Of a stretch of DNA of 32,000 nucleotides, positions 1 through 8,219 are shown piece by piece. A model generated the notes under the pieces. That model was not told where the DNA came from. It saw only the letters and a program-made list of their open reading frames with translations, and did not search any database. This stretch comes from Erysipelotrichaceae bacterium MTC7 (lineage in GTDB: Bacteria; Bacillota_I; Bacilli_A; Erysipelotrichales; Erysipelotrichaceae). The stretch's first letter is position 1. The number at the start of each line of letters is the position of its first letter. Both the position numbers and the translations under genes were made by a program. The stretch covers positions 30,001-62,000 of the forward strand of contig LVZN01000003.1 of NCBI GenBank assembly GCA_001695645.1, in the 5' to 3' direction.

Positions 1-576
1 TGAAGTAACATCTTCTGGGTTAACAATTTTTTTATCGACAGTCGGTTTTGCATCTTTTGGTGTTACCACCACATTATAAGTGTAATCGGTGTTGTTTGTA
101 GTGCTTGGAATTGCAACACTGATTGGTTTATTTTGCACATATGCATTTGTTGAAGCCGATCCTGTCTGAACAACAACGTAATACCCAATTGGTAATTCTT
201 GTGCCGTACTTCCACCTTCAAAAGATGTTCCAGTCGCATTCGTAGCTTTTGCATAAGCTTCTAAACTTGCTGCAAAGGCAATACGTTTTGACTCTGATGT
301 TAAATCTTTCATTGATTGAATGGTATAAGAACCATAATTTGTATTTCCAAAGAACCCTTCAAATGCAGTAGTTGCCGAATATTCATAGATTCCTGAACCG
401 GCAGTATAGTCTAATACTTTGTATGCAGTATACGTCGCACCTTCTCGATTGATTGTAAGAGTACCTGTTGTTGCACTTGCATCAAATGATGCTGCATGCG
501 TTGGAACTTGCATTCCAACCATCATAATCATTGCAATTAGCATTGCTGTAAAAACTTGTTTCATTTTGTTTCTCAT
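1..576 (-). CDS. Backbone (major) pilin of a sortase-assembled pilus; N-terminal 192 codons only, 3' end lies beyond the window start
   Basis: Missing from the ORF track because it runs off the edge. ATG at 576..574 is preceded by GGAGG (complement of 586..590), and the frame stays open to position 1. My translation is MRNKMKQVFTAMLIAMIMMVGMQVPTHAASFDASATTGTLTINREGATYTAYKVLDYTAGSG... This is a signal peptide followed by the 'tLtI....tY.aYKVld' opening typical of SpaA/FctA-type Gram-positive pilins. It starts 1 nt after the stop of the adhesin gene. Confidence 0.7.
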   Translation of the reverse strand, partial: MRNKMKQVFTAMLIAMIMMVGMQVPTHAASFDASATTGTLTINREGATYTAYKVLDYTAGSGIYEYSATTAFEGFFGNTNYGSYTIQSMKDLTSESKRIAFAASLEAYAKATNATGTSFEGGSTAQELPIGYYVVVQTGSASTNAYVQNKPISVAIPSTTNNTDYTYNVVVTPKDAKPTVDKKIVNPEDVTS

Positions 577-577
577 T

Positions 578-3500
578 TTAAAATCCTCCTCGTTTATTAT
601 TTTTTTTAAAACTACAAAATGTTTTTGAACAATTGGCTAATGAATGTTTTGCATAACGCATCTCCCTCTTCATTAACACACACATATAGAATGAAACACA
701 TAATAATATTGCACCAAGAATGATATAAATGTAGTTACCTGTGCCTCCCATTGATGGTAAAATGGAACCTTTTACATTGGTTATCGTAAAAGTCACGTTG
801 AGTGCCGGTCCATCAACATCAATCTGAACGCCATCTGTGGTAGTTTCTGGTAGTTCTAAAGGCAAGGACACAAGTATTGGGTCTTTAAGTATGTTGTATC
901 CTTCTGGTGCTAAAATTTCTCTAATTCGATAATCTCCCCTCTCTAAATTGTTGAAAACAGCTTCACTTTCATTTAGCATCTTCATAACTTTAATCTCAAT
1001 CCATTGATTTTCTTCGTTTTTCTTTTCTAAGACGAAACTTGCTCCCAAGAGCGGTTGGTTGTTTTCATCAACTTTTTTTATTTTTATACTACCAACTTCA
1101 ATGTTCCTAATATTCTGGTGACCATCTTCATCTGTAAAGTATTCAGGCCGATACTGACTATCTGCTGTGAGGTTGTCACCAACTTTTATTTCCACAACTC
1201 GATAGACATATTCCACTTTATCGGTTGATAAATAATCAACGTATTTTGGTAAACCAAAGTAGCTATAATTCCAATTATCATGAATCGATACTACCTTTTG
1301 TGCAATTTTATTTCCAGTTTTATCTTTAGCGATTTCATAAGTGGAATCAGCGGTTCCTTTTATTTTTCTTTCCAGTTGAATCGTAATGCTTTCAGGTCTT
1401 GATGGACTGTCTTGATCCTCCCAGTATTTTTGACCTTGCAATTCAATGGTAGGGAAAATGGAGTTTACATAATCGAGAGTCGTTTTGGTGTCGTTGATAA
1501 TGCCACTAGCCGAATAGGTTGTTAAATCAATGGTGATATTGGTATTTGTTTCATCATGTTTGATTTCATGTAATGTAAATTCATCATCAATTTCTTTGAC
1601 TTCCTTGATTGTGTACGTTGTTCCTGCGGGTATCCCTTGCATCGTATATTCACTACCTGGTGTTAACGATACGTTGGTATCTTCAATTGGATTTTGTCCT
1701 TCAAGACCAAGTCCAGCGACATTCTCAAAAGAAACGATAAATTTATAGGTTTTATTTGGATCAAACTGTTCTCCATCTTTAATTGATTTTTTTAGGGTAA
1801 GAGAACCAGTCTTTAATGTATTTGTATATTTTATTTTTAAGTTTGTACTTGATTTTGTGCTATCTGGATCATCATATCGGTAAAATGCAATCGCGTGATC
1901 TGGTTGGCTTATGCCTGAAGTTGCTTGCTTCACTAGACGTCCATCACCGGCCTCCAGGCCATTGATTCGCGATAAAGAGGTAAGCTCTTTTGTTTGTTGT
2001 ACATTAGTTGTCACTTGATTTAGTGCACTAGGTGAAATCGTCTGATTATCTTCTGTTACTGTCCATATAGTTGAAAAAATATTTGGATCAAGACCAATTT
2101 CACTAATTGCAATGTAACTTCCTTTACGAAATTGATTTCTAAATGTAGCTACTTGGTTGTTAGATAGTGAGAACATCCCATCTGTTACTTCGCGATATTC
2201 ACTGGTTGACAATGAACCACCAGCAATTGAATAAGTTGCCCCACTGGCTTTTTCTAGTACTTTTGAAGCTAATGAACCGTAATCATTAATTGTACTTGGA
2301 TCTGTTGAAAATCCATTCGACATATCTGAGGATGTATTAGATTTGTGGAAAGTAAATGGTGAAATATACACGTTTACATCATTCCAGTATGCAAATTGAA
2401 TCTCTACAACTTTTGTAAAGTCAAAACCGGTAATAGAACCATTAGCTAATACATGATCTTGTAGTGCCGATAAGTCTATTTTCATCGTTCGCCATATTTT
2501 TGAACCCATAGTGTTGGAACTATTCTGATAACTGACTTGATTTGCCCATGCTCCAATTCTAGTACCATCACCATCGACCAAAGCGATAAAAGGTGCGGTC
2601 CCATTCTCTGAAGAGTCTTGATAAGTTTCAAATGTCAAATAGTCAGCGGTATTTGAAACATTTATATAACTTTGCTTGCTTGACTGATCAGCAGGTGTGA
2701 TTTTCACAATACGTTTATCTGTGACAGCCTGTCCATCACTACTTTTTTTCTCACCAGGAGCATACCAAGAGATGACGTCTTTTCCATCCTTGTTTATAAA
2801 TGAGGCTGAGACATTAGATACTTTACTAAGTGTTTGTGATTTGTCTGTTGTTGTATATGTGTTGTAAATTTTCTCTTTTGCTTCAGTGCTTCCGCCAACA
2901 TATGCAATGGTATCAGTAACTAAATTTTTGATTGAAAAATCAAAATTCATATTCTTTAAATTATTCATTGATTCATTGAAAATTGCATCAACACTTGGAA
3001 TTTCTACCTCTTTTTCAACTTGCAAGTTATTTCGTTCCGGGAAGTTGAAAGTAATCTTCATGTTAGATTCCCAAACTCCACGTTCCATATAGAATATTTT
3101 CATCACATGTTCATCAGTGTATGAACTTTTTGGTAAAACATTGGCAAATGGAGTACTCTTTGGTCCCAAATGTTCTCCATTTGCATCTTTTGTTCCTGAG
3201 ACAGTTGATGTTTGCGTATTAAAGTTAATTGAACCATATACACGACCGTGATCTCCACCGATATCTAGAACTAAATTCCCATCAATATAAATCCAAATAT
3301 CATCATCTCCAGAGAAATCAAATACAATGTCTTTATTGGCTCCGTTCATCTCAATGGTACCATCTTCACTTAAGGTAAATGGAATCTCCATTTCCATTCC
3401 AAATCCATAATCAAGCTTATTTACATTTCCACTTTGACCACTGTCGTTAAATGGAAAAAATCCCATCGTCTCAACGTTCTCACCTGTAAGTCCATTGATT

Positions 3501-5062
3501 CCAACACCTGTACGTTGTAAGTAATATCCATCTACATTTGACTCTTTCATTTGTAAAGCATAGGATGATTCAGCACTGTCAAACTCCCAATAACCATTAC
3601 TGTTTAAAGTGAATGGGAAGGCAACTTGATCGTAAACTGCAGCCAAAGGAGTATTCTTGTTGCGTAAAAAACTTGTATTAAAATATGGCACTTCAATTTG
3701 GTTCATTGTCACTTTACCGTTACTTAGTGTAGAATCGACCAATCCTTGGTATGCATCTGTTGAGAAATTTGCTGAATTGTTTTTGTAGTAATTGAAGTTG
3801 TATAAATTCCAATTACTATCAAATTGACTATCAGACCAGTAACTTTGATTTTTTTGTTCCCAAAAATCTCCAAAATATAAAGGATTGGATTGTGCATTTT
3901 TACTTCGGAAGTACTGTGCAATCATGCGGTTAAAATATTGAAATTGATTTTTATAATCGGCACTAGAAACTCCAGTCGTTGAGCAGTTCTTCTTACTTTG
4001 TCCGGACTTCATTTCATAATCAGAGTAATAATCATAAAATGTTGAAGTTGCATAATAAGCATCTTTAACGACTTCCTTACTGCCGTTTGTTACTGGAATG
4101 TCTTTGCTTTGATCACCTTTAGAATAATCACTTTCATATGTAGAATCAAAATCGACAGTATCTAAACGGTATGTCCAGACTCCATTAACTAAAAACTTTT
4201 CGTAACCATTCCAATAGTAAGCATTTCCTTTTGCACTTTCCAATGTGGTTTCATCAAGATTTGAAGTACGGAAGTATTCTTGTGTATCTGCATGTTCCCA
4301 AGAGTCATCGTAAAGAAACGCGATACTTCCAGATGCATCTGCTTGGATGTTTGATACATCCCAATACACAAAAGTAATATTCTTGTATCTTACCAGTCCA
4401 TCTGCTTTGCATAGTCTTTGATTTTCACTAGCTGGTAGTGTCGAGATGTATAAATACAACTCATCATTTCTTGTTGTCCAGTCAGCATTTGAATTTTTAC
4501 TCATGCCACTTACATCAAGATAAATATGATTACTATTCAGTTCTGTGATGGGCTGTATAGATGGATTGTTTGGTCCCAAATCGTGCCAGGTTCCACTATA
4601 ATTTTTTCCTGATCCACTACTCATCACAAAGCAAGGGGAATCCATAGACCAGTTAACGGTTAAGTCAATTGTTTGCACATTGTTGTCCCAAGATGCACCC
4701 TTTGTAAAAATCACTTTGCTCCAAGCACGATCAAAGGTATACGCATAGATATGATCACCTCGATCAGATACGTTCATTTTATAAGGGCCACCACTGTTTT
4801 CATTGTTTCCATTTTCATCGAATCCGTAAATCCCAACACCGTATTTCGTTATCCACTCATCGTTAGTGTAATTCGAGGCATCGAAATAAACCGTATATTC
4901 ATTATCTGTGGATACTGTCGTTGGTGTTTCGTTTGCCATAACACCATGATTTGGCAATATCAACAAGAGTATACACAACGCTAGAAGGCATAGTATGCCT
5001 GAAATGATCTTTCCTTTTTTATGTTTCTGAATGTACGCGAAAAAAACTTTGTTAATCCTCAT
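578..5062 (-). CDS. Very large cell-wall-sorted surface adhesin, probable pilus tip adhesin: CBM-like N-terminal modules, a fibro-slime/PA14-like domain, C-terminal CnaB/SpaA-type Ig-like domains and an LPxTG-like sorting signal
   Basis: ORF 578..5089. I prefer the ATG at 5062, which has AAGGAG 7 nt upstream (complement of 5070..5075) and gives MRINKVFFAYIQKHKKGKIISGILCLLALCILLLILPNHGVMA as the signal peptide. The motif FDFSGDDDIWIYIDGNLVLDIGGDHG (Gly codon at 3310..3308) matches the fibro-slime/PA14 signature 'F.F.GDDD.WVFIN..LA.DLGG.H'. GQKYWEDQDSPSRPESITIQL...YVYRVVE looks CnaB-like. GSIKIKKVDENNQPLLGASFVLEKK...GDYRIREILAPEGY looks like a SpaA prealbumin-type fold. The C-terminus is LPSMGGTG, a hydrophobic helix and a basic tail. 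Confidence 0.8.
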   Translation of the reverse strand: MRINKVFFAYIQKHKKGKIISGILCLLALCILLLILPNHGVMANETPTTVSTDNEYTVYFDASNYTNDEWITKYGVGIYGFDENGNNENSGGPYKMNVSDRGDHIYAYTFDRAWSKVIFTKGASWDNNVQTIDLTVNWSMDSPCFVMSSGSGKNYSGTWHDLGPNNPSIQPITELNSNHIYLDVSGMSKNSNADWTTRNDELYLYISTLPASENQRLCKADGLVRYKNITFVYWDVSNIQADASGSIAFLYDDSWEHADTQEYFRTSNLDETTLESAKGNAYYWNGYEKFLVNGVWTYRLDTVDFDSTYESDYSKGDQSKDIPVTNGSKEVVKDAYYATSTFYDYYSDYEMKSGQSKKNCSTTGVSSADYKNQFQYFNRMIAQYFRSKNAQSNPLYFGDFWEQKNQSYWSDSQFDSNWNLYNFNYYKNNSANFSTDAYQGLVDSTLSNGKVTMNQIEVPYFNTSFLRNKNTPLAAVYDQVAFPFTLNSNGYWEFDSAESSYALQMKESNVDGYYLQRTGVGINGLTGENVETMGFFPFNDSGQSGNVNKLDYGFGMEMEIPFTLSEDGTIEMNGANKDIVFDFSGDDDIWIYIDGNLVLDIGGDHGRVYGSINFNTQTSTVSGTKDANGEHLGPKSTPFANVLPKSSYTDEHVMKIFYMERGVWESNMKITFNFPERNNLQVEKEVEIPSVDAIFNESMNNLKNMNFDFSIKNLVTDTIAYVGGSTEAKEKIYNTYTTTDKSQTLSKVSNVSASFINKDGKDVISWYAPGEKKSSDGQAVTDKRIVKITPADQSSKQSYINVSNTADYLTFETYQDSSENGTAPFIALVDGDGTRIGAWANQVSYQNSSNTMGSKIWRTMKIDLSALQDHVLANGSITGFDFTKVVEIQFAYWNDVNVYISPFTFHKSNTSSDMSNGFSTDPSTINDYGSLASKVLEKASGATYSIAGGSLSTSEYREVTDGMFSLSNNQVATFRNQFRKGSYIAISEIGLDPNIFSTIWTVTEDNQTISPSALNQVTTNVQQTKELTSLSRINGLEAGDGRLVKQATSGISQPDHAIAFYRYDDPDSTKSSTNLKIKYTNTLKTGSLTLKKSIKDGEQFDPNKTYKFIVSFENVAGLGLEGQNPIEDTNVSLTPGSEYTMQGIPAGTTYTIKEVKEIDDEFTLHEIKHDETNTNITIDLTTYSASGIINDTKTTLDYVNSIFPTIELQGQKYWEDQDSPSRPESITIQLERKIKGTADSTYEIAKDKTGNKIAQKVVSIHDNWNYSYFGLPKYVDYLSTDKVEYVYRVVEIKVGDNLTADSQYRPEYFTDEDGHQNIRNIEVGSIKIKKVDENNQPLLGASFVLEKKNEENQWIEIKVMKMLNESEAVFNNLERGDYRIREILAPEGYNILKDPILVSLPLELPETTTDGVQIDVDGPALNVTFTITNVKGSILPSMGGTGNYIYIILGAILLCVSFYMCVLMKREMRYAKHSLANCSKTFCSFKKNNKRGGF

Positions 5063-5172
5063 AATTCCACTCCTTATCAACACATACATAAATTATATTT
5101 CACAATTCTAAACACACATTTGTTATTACCTTCAAACTAACATTTTAAACGCTTGCATTCAATAGCAAAAAC

Positions 5173-5212
5173 AGGTGGAAACATTTTCAATCTCATGAAA
5201 ATGTTTCCACCT
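5173..5212 (-). terminator. Rho-independent terminator after the XRE regulator gene
   Basis: Perfect 16-bp inverted repeat AGGTGGAAACATTTTC / GAAAATGTTTCCACCT with an 8-nt loop. On the minus strand it is followed by GTTTTTGC. Confidence 0.7.
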
Positions 5213-5313
5213 TATTTATAGTAAAATAATGTTGTAAAATACCGTAATTAAACGATGATATCAAATAATTATAAGTGTAAATAAATGATAATTATGAGTG
5301 GTAAGTAAAAGGA

Positions 5314-5796
5314 TTACTTGTATGTATGTTCATTATCAATTGAGGTCTTTTCTAACCATAGATTTAGTGAGTCGACAATCAGTGACATCTTATGTAAGTT
5401 TTCTTTTATGGCATTAAAATCTTCTATTTCATCATGAGAGATGACTTCATCAGCAACGATATTAATGAAACGTTCTTTGTTGTTAGAAAGTTCATTGAGT
5501 GTCGATAGCATTTCTAATGAAATTTGTGACAATGCTTTTTCTTTAATCTCTGGCACTTGATCTTTACCAATGGCACAGTCGTGTGAACAATAGTAATTAC
5601 AAAGTGAAGGGTTTTTATAACATGTTGCCATGGCTTTTGCCTCTTCTGGATAGGGCAAGGATTTATCATATTCGATTTTCTCCAAGCGACTTTTTGAAAT
5701 CCCTAATGCATCTGCAGCAACTTCACGTGTCAAATTTGCCTTTTCACGACTTTGAAAGTAGTAGTTTTTATTGTCTTTAATTGAACGTTGTCCCAT
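5314..5796 (-). CDS. XRE-family helix-turn-helix transcriptional regulator with a Cys-rich segment
   Basis: LTREVAADALGISKSRLEKIEYDKSLP is a typical HTH_3/XRE motif. It is followed by CYKNPSLCNYYCSHDC (C-x7-C-x3-C-x3-C). GGAGGG lies 3 nt upstream of the ATG at 5796. Confidence 0.8.
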   Translation of the reverse strand: MGQRSIKDNKNYYFQSREKANLTREVAADALGISKSRLEKIEYDKSLPYPEEAKAMATCYKNPSLCNYYCSHDCAIGKDQVPEIKEKALSQISLEMLSTLNELSNNKERFINIVADEVISHDEIEDFNAIKENLHKMSLIVDSLNLWLEKTSIDNEHTYK

Positions 5797-5812
5797 AATC
5801 CCTCCGTGTATG

Positions 5813-5851
5813 CGCTAATACGTTTTTATAAAAGCATTAGCGTTTGCTAAT
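5813..5851. promoter_or_regulatory. Candidate operator in the divergent intergenic region
   Basis: Inverted repeat CGCTAAT (5813..5819) / ATTAGCG (5836..5842), plus a third direct half-site GCTAAT (5846..5851). It lies between the XRE gene and the divergent two-gene cassette. Confidence 0.35.
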
Positions 5852-5941
5852 AACTATGAATGCAAGTTTCATATCTATGGTTTTCATTATAGACTATTTG
5901 TATATCAAAACAAGAAATTGTTTGTGGGGGGATTGTTGAAT

Positions 5942-6382
5942 ATGACAAATTCAGAAATAAAAAAAGAGATACAAGAAGCTCGAGAAGCTGGACATAAAGC
6001 CTTAACAAGTCTAGAAGGTGCACGTCAACATTTAGAAAGTGCAAGCACTTGGGGAATCTTCGATATGATTGGTGGTGGCTTTTTCACTGGTTTAATGAAG
6101 CACTCAAGATTGGATGATGCAAGTGAAAAAATGGAACAGGCCAAATACGAATTACAAAGCTTTCAAAAAGAATTGATGGATTTAAGTGTTCCTGAAGATT
6201 TCGGCTTAAACATTGGAGGATTTCTAACATTCGCGGATTTCTTTTTTGATGGTATTGTCGCAGATTGGATGGTTCAATCAAGAATTAGTGATGCACGTTT
6301 GCAAGTGAGTCAAGCCATCGAGAAAATAGAACAAATCATGCAAGATTTAGATGCATGGGAACAACAGGTAGGTGAAGTGTAA
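5942..6382 (+). CDS. Hypothetical protein: coiled-coil with two Gly/Phe-rich hydrophobic patches
   Basis: The ORF track begins at a TTG (5918). The first ATG is 5942, after a G-rich SD-like run (GGGGGG, 5925..5930). The sequence MTNSEIKKEIQEAREAGHKAL...TWGIFDMIGGGFFTGLMKH...NIGGFLTFADFFFDGIVADWMV matches no family I can name. Confidence 0.55.
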   Translation: MTNSEIKKEIQEAREAGHKALTSLEGARQHLESASTWGIFDMIGGGFFTGLMKHSRLDDASEKMEQAKYELQSFQKELMDLSVPEDFGLNIGGFLTFADFFFDGIVADWMVQSRISDARLQVSQAIEKIEQIMQDLDAWEQQVGEV

Positions 6383-6588
6383 TGATAACGTTTTTATTTT
6401 TAATTATTTTTTCACGTGTCATTTGGGTTGCAGTTAAAGCAACTTGGTCAGTGACGAAGATTTTATTGTTTGTTGTCTTTTTCCCACTCATTTTTGTGGG
6501 AACAATTATTGGAGGGCTAATGTATGTGGCAATTCCTTTATTGATAGTGGTTGGTATTATTTCGCTACTAACAAGACCCATTAGTTAA
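6382..6588 (+). CDS. Small (68 aa) membrane protein with two predicted TM helices, translationally coupled to the upstream gene
   Basis: Its ATG overlaps the upstream stop (TAATG at 6380..6384). The sequence is almost entirely hydrophobic (MITFLFLIIFSRVIWVAV...FPLIFVGTIIGGLMYVAIPLLIVVGIISLL). Confidence 0.5.
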   Translation: MITFLFLIIFSRVIWVAVKATWSVTKILLFVVFFPLIFVGTIIGGLMYVAIPLLIVVGIISLLTRPIS

Positions 6589-6600
6589 TTTCAATCACTA

Positions 6601-6632
6601 AAAGTGTGCATATCGATGCATGCTTTTCTTTT
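6601..6632 (+). terminator. Rho-independent terminator of the two-gene cassette
   Basis: Imperfect stem AAAGTGTGCAT (6601..6611) / ATGCATGCTTT (6616..6626) with an ATCG loop, then TTTTCTTTT. Confidence 0.55.
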
Positions 6633-6681
6633 AAATTGGTGAAAACTAGGGGTGTTTCTCTATAAAAAAGTTATAATCTCA

Positions 6682-6689
6682 TGTATAAT
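6682..6689 (+). promoter_or_regulatory. Extended -10 promoter element (TGTATAAT) for the membrane protein gene
   Basis: TGnTATAAT match about 50 nt upstream of the ATG at 6739. The short leader contains the hairpin ACACATC-TAT-GATGTGT just before the SD GAAGGAG. Confidence 0.4.
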
Positions 6690-6738
6690 TTAGTCTTGTT
6701 TAAGATATGACACATCTATGATGTGTTGAAGGAGAAAT

Positions 6739-7278
6739 ATGATTCAAAATAAAAAGATTTTATGGGTTACGCAAACTGCAATTTTTATTGCGTTACTTGT
6801 CGTGGTGCAAGCAGCAACTGCACCGTTAGGAAATACATTAGTTACAGGAAGTTTGGTAAATCTCATCCTGATTATCTCGGTGATGACATGTGGATTGGCA
6901 TCTGGCATGAGTGTTGCGCTCATTTCACCAATTATGGCAAAGTTGGTTGGTATTGGACCGTTATGGTCACTGATTCCATTTGTGGCACTAGGGAATTTAT
7001 CACTTGTTTTCGTTTGGTACATCATTGGAAATAAAAAGATGCAAAATTCGTATGTTTCATATGGGATTGCTTGGATTGTTGGAGCAATCACAAAGTTTGT
7101 TGTATTGTACATTGGTGTTGTCAAAATAGCAGTGCCAGTTATTTTAGCTTTACCTGAACCACAAGCTACCGTGATCTCAACGATGTTTGCCTTTCCCCAA
7201 TTGTTAACGGCATTAGTTGGTGGATTTGTTGCTTTGCTTATTTTGCCAAGAATTAAAAAAGCCCTAGGTCAAGACTAA
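6739..7278 (+). CDS. Small polytopic membrane protein resembling an ECF-transporter S component; substrate unknown
   Basis: 179 aa with about 5-6 hydrophobic helices. The N-terminus, KKILWVTQTAIFIALLVVVQ, looks like S components. SD GAAGGAG. No adjacent EcfA/EcfT genes and no recognisable riboswitch. Confidence 0.45.
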   Translation: MIQNKKILWVTQTAIFIALLVVVQAATAPLGNTLVTGSLVNLILIISVMTCGLASGMSVALISPIMAKLVGIGPLWSLIPFVALGNLSLVFVWYIIGNKKMQNSYVSYGIAWIVGAITKFVVLYIGVVKIAVPVILALPEPQATVISTMFAFPQLLTALVGGFVALLILPRIKKALGQD

Positions 7279-7290
7279 ATACATACATTC

Positions 7291-7332
7291 AACTGTCATC
7301 TTCCTTATATAAAAGGGGATGACAGTTTTTTT
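7291..7332 (+). terminator. Rho-independent terminator
   Basis: CTGTCATC (7293..7300) pairs with GATGACAG (7318..7325), followed by a T7 run. Confidence 0.7.
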
Positions 7333-7391
7333 ATTGGTGTATCTTGTTCTTTATTGTTTTATGGTATACTAAAAGAAATTGAGGTGATTTT

Positions 7392-8159
7392 ATGTTTGTG
7401 GAAGAACGACAAGCTTTAATACTAGAACAATTGCATAAAAATGGAAAAGTTCGCGTGAAGGACTTAAGTGAACAGTTTGGTGTAACTCCCGACTTGATTC
7501 GTAAAGATTTAACAACAATGGAGAAAAAGGGGTTACTAAAAAAAGCTTATGGTGGAGCAGTCTTAGAACGCATCAATATCAATCGTAAAAACGCAAGTCA
7601 ACGAAAAGATCTGAATACCAAAGATAAACAGGAAATTGTGAAGCTAGCAAGTCAAATCATCAAAGAGGATCAGGTGGTTTTCTTGGATGTTTCAACTAGT
7701 AGCATTGAACTGGCATTGCTGCTACAAAAGCAAGAGCGTAGAATCATCGTTGTGACAAACATGATTGAAGTCATGCTTATTCTAGCAAAATCAGAAACCA
7801 TCAAACTTATTTTTATTGGTGGTGAGTTAGACTTTGGTCGTGATGGATTTGTTGGTTCTACAGCCAATGAGGAAATTAGCAACTATCGTTTTGATGTGGC
7901 CTTTTTAGGAGTTGTGGGCATTGATGTCTTTAGTGGCAGTGTTTATACGTATATGAACGATGATGGACTCACAAAGAAAGCCGTCCTTGCTAGCAGTCAA
8001 AAAGCCTACATGTTATGTGAATTGGACAAGTTCAATCAACTAGGGAATTATCGGTATGCTGGAATCTCTGATTTTACAGGTATTGTGACAAGTGGTAAAC
8101 CAAGTAAAGAAATTCAAAAATGTTTGATTGATGCAAATCTTGAAGTTATATATCCATAG
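7392..8159 (+). CDS. DeoR/GlpR-family transcriptional regulator (sugar-phosphate-responsive type)
   Basis: The N-terminal HTH ERQALILEQLHKNGKVRVKDLSEQFGVTPDLIRKDLTTMEKKGLLKKAYGGAV is canonical DeoR. The C-terminal ~170 aa form a DeoR_C-like sensor domain. SD GAGGTG. Confidence 0.9.
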   Translation: MFVEERQALILEQLHKNGKVRVKDLSEQFGVTPDLIRKDLTTMEKKGLLKKAYGGAVLERININRKNASQRKDLNTKDKQEIVKLASQIIKEDQVVFLDVSTSSIELALLLQKQERRIIVVTNMIEVMLILAKSETIKLIFIGGELDFGRDGFVGSTANEEISNYRFDVAFLGVVGIDVFSGSVYTYMNDDGLTKKAVLASSQKAYMLCELDKFNQLGNYRYAGISDFTGIVTSGKPSKEIQKCLIDANLEVIYP

Positions 8160-8219
8160 AAGACATCGAAAGGATGTTTTCTTTTTGTGATAAAACAATA
8201 AAAAACAATAAGAAATACA

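Noticed and set aside
1530-4984. Several 60-103-aa ORFs on either strand inside the adhesin gene: 1530..1748, 2886..3092, 3724..3921, 4189..4371 and 4673..4984.
   Set aside because: All are nested in or antisense to a 4.5-kb ORF with multiple recognisable domains. None has an SD or a family resemblance.
6645-6675. preQ1-I riboswitch-like string CTCTATAAAAAA upstream of the ECF-S-like gene. It is identical to 12 nt of the B. subtilis queC preQ1 aptamer tail as I remember it.
   Set aside because: The would-be P1 stem (AGGGG/UCUCU) would enclose only a 4-nt loop, so it lacks the conserved ligand-binding loop. The element lies upstream of the likely TGTATAAT promoter, about 70 nt from the start codon. 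It does not overlap the SD as preQ1-I tails do. A promoter-region A/T tract is the more likely explanation.
6744-7124. Overlapping ORFs 6744..7124 (-) and 6762..7034 (+, alternative frame) within the ECF-S-like membrane protein gene.
   Set aside because: Only the 6739..7278 frame has a strong SD (GAAGGAG), a promoter and terminator flanking it, and a coherent multi-TM hydropathy pattern.
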